Positions 36,101 through 45,927 of a stretch of DNA of 64,000 bases are shown piece by piece; position 1 is the stretch's first letter; the number at the start of each line of letters is the position of its first letter. The notes under the pieces are model-generated. The model was not told the origin of the DNA, searched no databases, and saw only the letters and a list, made by a program, of their open reading frames with translations. Origin of the DNA: Caecitellus pseudoparvulus (lineage: Eukaryota > Protista > Bigyra: Bicosoecida); contig CBFFRQ010000078.1 in NCBI GenBank assembly GCA_965644315.1, positions 124,001-188,000 on the forward strand. The letters run 5' to 3'. The translations under genes and the position numbers were made by a program.

Positions 36101-38513
36101 GCGCCTGCTCAGCAAGCTGCAGTCGTCAGCAGCACAGAACCGGCGCTACGTTCGCCGGTCGTACTCGCAGGAGTTGTCCCCTCAGCCGGGTGCCTATACG
36201 CCTGCCGCCTCCTCTTCCAGACGGGATGTTTCGGGGGAAGGGTGGCCCACCAGCCTCCCAGGCGCAATGCTGCTGGCCCCTCCCGGCGGGGGGGGTGCCT
36301 CTGCCCGCAAGGCCCCCATGCCCCCCGCTGCCTTGCTGGCGCCCATGATCGAGCGCATCGCCTCTGGGACGCTCTCTGGCCAGGAAGGCACGCGAGAGAT
36401 CGCGGCGTTCCTGGAGGCGTGGGGGCAGGCGGCAGCACAGGCCCAGTCGTGGCCTGCGTCTCAAGCCACCCCACGCCGCCCCTCCATGCCCGGGCCAGAC
36501 ACTCGCGGAGGCCAGGCGCTGCTCAAGTCCAGCAGTGGGCACAGGGATGTGCCGTCCCCCTCTGCCGCCACACCAGGTGCGGTGTTGCTTGGCCCCATGC
36601 CCAGCGGCGCGTCACTCGCCGAAGATGCGCAGAGCCTGGATGAGGCGGATGGCACGCCGCTGCAGCGCGCGTTCACAGCTGACGGCATCCCCGTCATCTC
36701 CTACGCGGAGTTCCAGGAGCAAGTCTCTGCCTACGACGAAAAGCTCACCATCATCGGGGGCGGCGTGTACGACGTGTCGGGCTTTGCAGCACGGCACCCG
36801 GGCTCAGCCTTTGTCATCACGCACAGCATCGGCAAGGACGTGACGGACGCCTTTGTCGGTGCTTCCACGGTGGACCCCCGCGTGCCACTGTACAGTCACT
36901 CTGCCCGTGCCAGGGCCATTCTGTCCACTCTGCTGGTGGCTGTGCTGGACACGTCACGTGCCGGCGTGCTGGCGCTGCAGGGGGGCGGTGCCGAGCCCGG
37001 AGCAGGGGGTACTGCCACACCTCAACAAGGCTCACAGGCGCAGCAAGGCTGGTGGGCGTGGGTGCCCTGCTGCGGTCGCCGGGGCACGCCGGCCGCCACG
37101 CCGGCTGCCCACGCAGTGGACATTGACGACGATTCGGGTAGCGGCAGCGGCAGCCTTGGCAGTGTACACGGGCGCCTGGGTTCCCCCCTGCAGAGGGGGG
37201 CGCTGTTCCTGGGGCGGTCCAGTAGCAGTGACAATGTCTCCCTCATTCATGGTGACCCGTGGACTGTGCAGAGCATGCTGCCTGCAACTAGGGGGGTGGG
37301 CAGTGGAAGTGACGCAGCTCCACGCCGCCCGGTCATGGCCTTCACCCTGGCCCCAAGTGGCGAAGCAGGCGCCACGTCAGCAGGGGCATCCCCCGTGGCA
37401 CAGACCCTGCGGGACTGGTCCACGTACGGACGCCACGTGTACATCAGCCGGCCCGCAGAGCGCGAGGCAGAGGCCAAGGCAGCCCGGCCTGGGCAGCTGG
37501 CGAACTTGCACGAGCACCACGCCGACTCTGATGCGCGCGCCTTTAGCATTGTGCGCATGCCACAGATCTTTGTGCAGCACCTAGGCGATGTGGACAATTC
37601 GCAGCTGCAGGAGTGGGCGGAGACGGTGCGCTCTCCACCGCCTGCGGAAGTTGATCACCCACACCTGCACCTTCTCGTGCGGCGGTACCCCGAGCCCATG
37701 GCGGCCATGGCACGGTACATCCACGATGAAGCTGGCCCACGGCGTGGCACTTTGCACGTGTCCCAGCCGATTGGACAGGCAATGGAGTTGCCCAAGGTGC
37801 TGGCGCGTGTGCCTGCCGCGGGCGAAGTGCAAGGTGCTGCGTTGCAGGTGCTGGCAGCAGGCACGGGCGTGACCTCCTTCCTGGACCTCGCCTACGCCCT
37901 GCTAGCGCACGAGGGGATACGTGCTCCGGCTCTTCCCCACGCTGTGCGCCTGCACTTCACCTGCATCTTCACAAACCCGGAAGACGCTGTGGCGCTGCCC
38001 TTCCTGGCGTTTCTGGCGCACTACAGCGCTGCCTCAACTCGCCACCATTCCGTGTCACTACACCTGCACTTCACACGAATGTCTGCACAGCCCACCATTG
38101 CAGACTTGCACTTGCCTTCGGCCCTAGAGGCAGGCTTGAGTCCTTTTACAGCGCTTGGCGTGGATTTTGCAATTGACCGGCCGTTTCTTCGCCTGTCCCA
38201 CGGCAGCCTGCGTGACCGAGCCGCCACCCGAGCCGTGCTGGGCGCGAGCCTGCACGACACTCTGCAGCACTTGCCGCAAACTGGCTCTGGTCGGCAAGTG
38301 CACGGGCAGCACATGCAGCGCCTGGCTGCAACGTGGATTTGCGGACCGCCTGGCATGGGAGAGGTGCTGCGCACAGCGTTTGCAGGGGGCATCAGCAGTG
38401 CGGCAGGAGACGTGGCTCGCCGCGCCATGGCAGCGGCAGGCGCAGCCTCAGACAGTGCACTGCAGGACGCCGTGGACGCTGTCGGCGCCACTGTGCGCAC
38501 GCTCGGAATTTGA
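33147..38513 (+). CDS. Multidomain membrane flavocytochrome: signal anchor - DOMON - DOMON - cytochrome b561 - cytochrome b5 - FAD/NAD(P)-binding reductase; introns 33743-33853, 33951-34074, 35589-35659
   Basis: DOMON1 WGGMAFGTIMAGSDM..FSRALDTGD..IFAWS..GYH; DOMON2 WASLGFGTQMVGADII..RKL..MILAYS..MSYHG; b561 histidines VHG, LHH, THG, AH; b5 VYDVSGFAARHPG..IGKDVTDAF..HS; reductase RAFS, LLVRRYP, AAGTGVTSF, ICGPPGM. All three introns are phase-compatible. The start codon is uncertain (33147 or 33195). Confidence 0.85.
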
Positions 38514-38874
38514 ACCTGCTGCGTGCTCACCGCAACGGGTTAGGGTGTTGCTTTTCTTTTCTGTCCCTCACGAACATCCTGCACAGACTCACAGCTTGTG
38601 CACACCAAAATGCATGCGTGCTCGCTAAGACAAGAATTCTACTTGGAGTGCTCCGCACAGCTCGTTCATCTCCAAGCCATCCCTCTCCACTAGTTGTCTC
38701 GAAAGTCTGGAGCAGGAGAACACGAGAATCCACGATTGCCAAAATTACACCAACCCCCGCCCCGTCTTCGGACTGCTCCTGCTAGACCAGCCACTCCTAG
38801 CTGTACTAGCAGTGGTGCGGCGCAGGCAGAGCTGCTGGAGGTGTTGGCACAGCGCCCGAGACCAGAGCAGCAAC

Positions 38875-41800
38875 ATGGCTGACGGTCCTTTGGCGCAGCT
38901 GGAAGCGGGCCTGGAGCAGGTGGACTTCAAGGTGCAGGTGGTGGGGCTGCACAAGTTTATCGTTGATCCGCCCTTCACTGCCCACTTCCCCACGTCGGCG
39001 CTGTACGCGTACGATGCGACGCTGTGCGATGCCAAGGCAACAGTTAGTGCAGCACCGCTCGCAGCCAATGCAAGGGCCGGCACGCTGCCTACGAGCGTGC
39101 ACCCTCACAGATGAAGGTCGTCCTGCACCCAAGCTTCAATGATGCAGTCGAGCGCGGGACGATTTCCCGGAACACGACCTTGCGGGTGCGTGGCGGCGCC
39201 CGGCAGGCGTCGCTGGCGTTTCAAACGGCACGCAGGCGAAACGCAAGCGTGTCCCTCTCCCCTGCTCCCTTCCCAGTTGCGCAAGGCTTCCCGCGTCGGC
39301 TTTCTGACGGCAGACAGCACGCTGACTCAAGTGGTCATCGTGCAGGAAGCTTTGGTGCTGCCCTCACACGGCGTGGCGGGGTTTCCCATCGTCCCAGTGG
39401 CTTCCGCGCACGCCGACGGCGAGCGCCTCACTGCGCCCCTCCTCTCGCACCGGCAGCACTACACACCTTTGATGGTGGACGACGACTTCTCTTCCATGCC
39501 GTGGTGGGGCTCAACGGCCCTCTCCTGCCTTCCCACACCCCCTCCCGGCTTTGCCGTGCCCGCTGCGGCACCCACCCTCGCAGAAGTGGTGGCACAGTGG
39601 CGCGCCCCCTCCCGGGGCAAGCGCATGGGCGCGACGACTGCTGCCCTGGCGCCGCCTGCCTCCGGCCAGCCCGCCACCCTGCGCCCCGGCCTTGGCATTG
39701 GCGCGGCATCACCCTACGCCAAGTGCGTGGCGGCCAACGGAGCGCGGCCTCTGCTGGTGGGGCGCCTGGGGCGTATTTCGCGAGTGGTCTCCTTCGCGCG
39801 GCCGTCAGCCGAGGCCGTGTGGCCCCTCAAGTTCACCTTCACCCTGCACGATGCCTCCATGGCACTGCAGGTGACGGTGTGGAACTCCCTGGCAGCGGCG
39901 AGTCACAACGCACTGGCCGCTCTGCCACCCGGCACCCTGCTCGCCCTGCAGGGCTACCGGCTCAAGGTGTGGCAGGGGGAGGTGGAGGCCAGCTTGAACC
40001 CCAGCAAGCCCACAGGGTGCATTTGGCTCCTGCCCCCCACGGCACTCCTGCCGGAGGGGGGGGGTCGCCACACCTTGAGGGGGGCCGCGGCAAAGCCCCC
40101 AGCACCACCACCCGCCCCGGCACCAGACACGCAGTCCACTGCCGGCTCCAGTGGCAGTGACAGCGATAGTGACGTCAGTGTGGACCCGGTGCTGGCTGCG
40201 CTGGGGCTGGCATCCATGGTGCGGCCTCCCGGGGCCAGGTCCAGGAGGCAGCGAAGCCAGCACGAACCTGCAGCGTCCCCCCAACCAGAACCGGAGCAGC
40301 CCGTTGCCCAGGCTGTGGAGGGGGGGGGTGCACCCCCCTCTGCGCCGGAGGCTGAGGGGGGGTTGGCTGGCGTGGACGGGCTGGGGCCACAGGAAGCCGA
40401 GGCACGGTTCCCCCTGCCGCCCCTCGCCCTGCACAGCGTGCAGCAGGTCATGGCGCTGCCGGGTGCCGACCTGCCGGGGGACCACACCTTCTCCGTGGCA
40501 GGCCTGGTGACTCGGGTTGGGCCACTGCAGCGGCAGGCTCCCCTCACCCCGCCAGAGGTGGTGCAGGATCGCAGTGAGGCAGGGGCGGCGCTGGGCCCTG
40601 TGGGCCTGCCTGCGGGGGGGCCCTGGCTCGTCACGCGGTGGATCGCAGTGCGAGATGCCTCCTGCGACGTGGAGCTGCAGGTGAAACTCCCGTGTAACTC
40701 CGCCGCAGACATCATGCTGGGCTTGGCACCAGGGCAGGTGGTGCTGCTGACGCACCTGGTGCTCGTGCACGATGACGACTCGCACCTTCTGCGCGAACAG
40801 CAGGTGGGCTCAGGTGATGCTGCGAGTGTCACGGTCGTGCCTGTGCGGTGCTGTGCCTTCGCAGCTGGCACGCCCTTCACGCGTGTGCTGCCCGGCCCCG
40901 CCCTGCACAGCATGCTGCAGGCGTGGGAGGGCAGCCCCAACGCGCCCTCCCTCCTGCCCACCCTGGAGGCCCCCCCCTCCTCGCCAGGGGCTGCCTCTGA
41001 CGACACGCAGACACCCCCCCCTACCAGGGGTAGTAAGGCCGCCCGCCTGTCTCCCCAGCACTCCAGCCCCAGCCCCAGCCCCCCTCGACGCCCCCTGACG
41101 AGGGCCCAGCGCCGCCTGGGGGCCAAGACGCCAGCCCCCCGCAAGGCCCGGTCCGAGAGCCCCCCTCCCCCGCCACTGCCACCCCCTCCACCCCCTGTTT
41201 CGGCAGCCCCCTCCCCGCGGGCCCACCCCCCACCTCCACCGCCCTGCTCTCCGATGCACCTGCTCTGGCCCAGGTACTGCTGTGGGCAAGAGGCATCCCC
41301 CTGGCCACATCCCCATCCTCATTCGGAGGGGGGGTCCACGCCCGGGATGAGGGGGGGTCCGACACCGCCGGCACCACCACGGTGGGGGGTCTCGCAGGCG
41401 CCGCTGCCTCAGCGCTAGCTAGTCAGGGAGCAGGGGACGCCCTGGACCACCTGTCCCTCTTGGCAACTGCTCTGGGGCTGCACTTGCCGCCCCCCAACCC
41501 GGCGAAGTTCGTCGCCTGCCTGGAGCAGTGCCAGGATGCGACGGCTCGACAGGGAGCCCTGGCATGGGCAGGCTGGGGCTTCTGGGGCGGCGCTGGGCGG
41601 GACCAGGCCAACATCAGCCTGGCAGGGGGGCAGGTGGTGGATGTGGGGGAGGGTGCCAATGCGGACGCCCCCCCCTTCGCCCCCCCTGCTGCCGCCCTTC
41701 AGGTGGAGCAGTTGCTGGCCCTGCCACGGGCAGCCATGGCCACTGTGGCGGCGGCAGAGGCAGCGTGTGCCGCGCTCACCACACCCGCCTCTGATGCACT

Positions 41801-43625
41801 GCAGGCAGTGGCTGCCGCCCGGGAGTGGCGGCCCGCTGTGCCAGAGGACGAGCGTGCGCATGATGCGTTTTGGGCGCAGCAGGAGGCGGCCGAGGCAGCC
41901 GCAGCGGCGCTGGCCGACTTGTTCCGTCCCTGTTCCGAGCTGCCCCCTGCCGCCGCCGCGGCGTACGTCAGACACCGTCTCGTGAGGGGCCTCATCCGCC
42001 TAGCCCCGTCCGGGGCGGCATCCGACGCCGCCAAAGCCTGGGGCACGGCGGCAGCGGCAGTGGCCGTCGCGGCACTGCACGCCACAGCCCCCAGCACCCT
42101 GCCAACCAGCGTGCCTTCCCTCAGCCGCCCCGTGTCTGCAGCCGCCTACCAGCGCATGCTAGCCGCCGCGCCCTTCCTGGCCCTGACACAGGCGAGACGG
42201 GAGGAGGCAGAGCAGGAGGGGGGAGGTGGCGCGGTGTTGGTGGGCCCGGGGGGGGATGAGGTGCCCCCCCCCCTGCTGGCCCTGGAGGTGGCGGCGCCGG
42301 GGACCAACCTCCGGAGTGCTGGGCCCACCGCCACGAGTGTGCCTGTGGTGACCATCCACCAGTTGGGCCAGCTGCTGGCCCAGCCACCCCTGGCCCTGGG
42401 TGAGACACGGCGGGTGCTGGTGTACGGGCGTGTGAGGGGGGTGCACGCCCCCCCCAGCGAGACTGTGGGGGTGGCCTTCGCCGTGGAGGGGGGGTCTGAG
42501 GCCAGTGGCAGGGAGGGGCACCCCCCCTCCACCCCCCCTCGGGGGGGCATCGACAACACCGACGCCTCCACCATCGCATCCTCTGCGTCGCCCACATCCC
42601 AGGCCAGTGCGGGGGGGGACGCACGACCCCTCGCCCCAGGTGTGCTGCGCCAAGCCGGGGACGGGGCCGCCCTACCTGAGATCGTGCGTTCCATGGGCGG
42701 CATCCCCTCCACCGGCCCAGCCTACGTGACAGGGTTCGGGGCCGTGCCCCCCCTCAGCACCACCCTGGCTGGCGCGGCGGTGGGCTGTGGCGGCGGCATC
42801 CTCGCCATGGGCTCAGCTTCCGATGGGCCTGACGTGGCGGACACTGTCGTGCCCGTGCTGGTGCCCCCCCTCCCCCCTCTGCCCCGCCCCGCTGTACACG
42901 CCTTCGCCGGCGCCGCCTCCCACGCCCACACCTGCGTGGCCCCTGTGCTGCCCAGCTCCTGTCCGTACAGCCCCGCCTTGACGCTGGACGCGGTGGACCT
43001 GGGGCTGCAGCACAGCCTGGAGGCGGAACACGAGGCGGAACAAAGAACACCCGGTATCACAGATGCCCTCCTGCCACGGGGCGACCTGCTGCTGTCTGCG
43101 CCATGGGTGGGGGAGCAGCCATCCCCACCCCACCCTTCAGAGCGTGAGCCCCGCAGCAGTTCCGTGGTGGTGGGGCTGCAAGCAGCTGTGCAGCGGGATG
43201 CCGGAACACGCCAGGTGCAGGCTGAGAACACAGCCGCCGCCCTGGCAGCAGTTCGTGTGGCGGCGGCCCCTGGTCCGTCATTTGCCGGGCACTTGCTGCA
43301 CTTCCTCCCTGACAGTGTTGTGCAGCCCATTCTAGATGCCTGGCAAGCCCAGGTCGCAGCGGCCGCCGCTGCTGCCCAGCAGCGAGGTCGCAAACGCAGC
43401 AAGCGAGCGAGGGCAGCCGCTCGGGCAGCGGAGGCGGCGGCGCGCCCATCGGTGTCCCTCCTGCAGCTGGCGCAGGGCTTAGGGGTGTTGAAGGGCCTCC
43501 CGGAGGGGGCTGAGGGGGGTCCGGAGGGGGGTGTTCTCGCCGGCGTCGCCCTGGTGCAGTGTGGCGCAGGGCAGGGCGTGGTGCCCGTGCTGGAGGGTAT
43601 GTGGGATGTGCCGGGGCAAGTGTAG
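38875..43625 (+). CDS. RADX: RADX-like (RPA1-related) multi-OB-fold ssDNA-binding protein; 2 introns at the 5' end and an apparent frameshift near 41160-41200
   Basis: VQVVGLHKF..LYAYDATLCD..KVVLHPSFN; PLLSHRQHYTPL; FTLHDASMALQVTVWNSL..LLALQGYRLK; EASLNPSKP; SVAGLVTRVGPLQR; RWIAVRDAS..VKLPCNS. These follow remembered human RADX motifs in order. Confidence 0.75.
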
Positions 43626-43820
43626 CTGGGGGCCCGTGCAATGCATTGACTCGCGAGCAGCAGCAGGGGGCAGGCGCCTGCGCAGTGGGCCACCTGGCGT
43701 GCCATGGATGGGGGGGGGGTGCACCCCCGCTCAACGCCAGGTGGCTCCCCCGCTTGCTCTGTCGGCTTCGATGCCTTGGGGCGTGCGAGCGGGGCGTGGA
43801 GTGAGAGGCCTAGGCGGGCT

Positions 43821-44249
43821 TCAGGCGGTGCGCAGGGGCGGGGAAATGAGGATGATAACGTCACCCCGCACGAACAGCATGTCGAAGGTGCGGGAGCTTG
43901 TCTGTGCAGTGGCGGTGGGAGGCGTGCCTGTGCGCCAGGTTCGCGAGCGAGCGAAGGGGGGCGGGCCCACCTTGCTGAACACCTCCTCCGTCTCAGGGTC
44001 CACTTCCTTGGTCACAATGGTCTCCTCCACGCCCCCCAAGACGATGTTCACGTGCTCGTCGAAGGCCTGTGTGCCTCAGAGGCGGGGGCGTGCTGCGCCA
44101 GTCACAGTGCTGAAGTGGGTGAGCCGTGGCGCACTCACGTGCAGCTTGCCGCGAAGTGTGCGCCCGCCTCGGCACTTGACCAGGACGTTTTCGTCCAAAC
44201 TCAGGCGCACGAGGTCCAGGGGTGTTTCCACAGTGCTGCCTGCCGCCAT
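43821..44249 (-). CDS. LSM3: U6 snRNA-associated Sm-like protein LSm3, 2 introns
   Basis: [31 protein letters not shown]|[18 protein letters not shown]|..[21 protein letters not shown]. Confidence 0.95.
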
Positions 44250-44557
44250 GCTTGCTCCGGTGCGGAAATCGCTCAAACCCACTGCTCCTGCACTCGCTCT
44301 GGTGTAAAGGTGTGGCCGGCATGAGGCGGGGGGTGGCGCAACATGCAGAGGTGAATTATGTCCACATTGGACGCAGTGCTTGGTAACATGGCGGGCTGCC
44401 TCGTGTGTGGTGGGGGGGGGGGCTCCACGCGAGTGCCTTGCCCACAATCCAAACACCTACAGTGTAACCCTCGTTCCCCGCCACTGCCTGGGAGCTGGTG
44501 CTGGTGCTTGCTTAGGCGCCTGCTTGAAGATCTGCTTCAACTGTACGCCCCCGTCTC

Positions 44558-45854
44558 ATGGCGTCGTCAGCCGAGGCTAAGGTGTTTGCGCCGGCCGTGC
44601 GTGGCCAGGCCGGCTCAGACGAGGTGTTGGAGGCGATGGGCACTGGCGCCGTGAGTGCTCCCCGCCGAAGCCTACTGTGAATGGCAGTGACGACAGGCAC
44701 GTCGAACACAATGCTCATGTGCAGAATCTTGATGAGGCTGGCGTGCACGCCCTCCCCACTGTCGGCACGGCCGCCATCGACTGGTCTGCATGTGCGTTGT
44801 GCGAGCAACTTCCGCACGTGCACCCTGTCAACGGCAGGCACCCCCATGCCGCCCCTTTGCAGTCGAGTGCAAATCAGGCTATGTGAGGCCCGTCCCGGGT
44901 TCAGGATCCAGCGCCTACCAGTACATTCCGGCCGCCTCCCTGCTCCCCAAGGGCACACTGGGGGTGCCACCCGCTCCCGTTGTCAGACGAGAGACACCTG
45001 CTGAGCGCTTCACACGCCTGCATGCTGAGCTGCAGGAACTGGCCAGTGACCTGCACCTGCTGGGTGTGCCGGCGCCACCCAGTGCTCCAGAGCTGCCTGG
45101 TGCCCCCACCCCCTCTGCCGTGGCAGAGGCCCTCACAACCTTGACAGCACAGGCGCACAAACTGGGTGCTGCCGCTGTGCAGGCCGCTGGCAGCGAAGCG
45201 GGCCCGCCCATTCCTGGGCTGTCACAGCGAGCCATGGCTGGTTTGGGTGCTGCAGCTGCCTTGCCGCCCCCACCACACCCCGAGGAGCTTGGCGAGCCAG
45301 GGGCCGACGCCAGTGGAACCCTGCACATTGACACAGAGGGCATGAAAGCGCTGGAAGCCCGGCTGGCAGAGGCTGAACGCCGGTTGTGGGGCGACAGTGC
45401 GCAGAGCGCAGTGCCGGGGGAGTCCCTGGAGCAGCGCCTGGCTGCTGCGGAAAACGCGGTGCGTGCCGTCACAACGGAAGACTTGGCTGTTGCGCGGCGG
45501 CAGGCGCAGCTGCTGCAGGAACAGCTGGAGCTCATGCCTGCCGGCAGTCAAGATGGTGCCGGGGGCGTGTCTGACGCAGACTTGGATGCCGCGCTGGCCA
45601 CGCTGACGAAGTGGGAGGGCACACGCGCTGCGTTGCCACGGTTGGTTTCAAGACTGGAGTCTCTGCAGGCACTGCACGCGAGCACTGCTCAATTTTCGGC
45701 ACGCCTGGCTGCATTGGAAGCGGGGCAGGGTAGTATTGACGCCGCTCTGGGCGAGGGCAGCGAAGTCATGCGTGCCTTGCAGGAGTCTCTGCAGAGCGTT
45801 TCGGAGGATGTGCGGCAGCAGCTGCAGGAGGCCATGGAGGGGCAGGCGGAATGA
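44558..45854 (+). CDS. DCTN2: Dynactin subunit 2 (dynamitin/p50), about 2 introns
   Basis: ETPAERFTRLHAELQEL; LEARLAEAERRL; KWE..LPRLVSRLESLQALHASTAQF..LEAGQ. Coiled-coil architecture of dynamitin. Confidence 0.85.
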
Positions 45855-45927
45855 AGGTGCGTTGCAAAATTTACACACACTTGGGAGACACGGAGTTCAA
45901 GCACATGTGCAGCGCTTGCTCGGCAGC

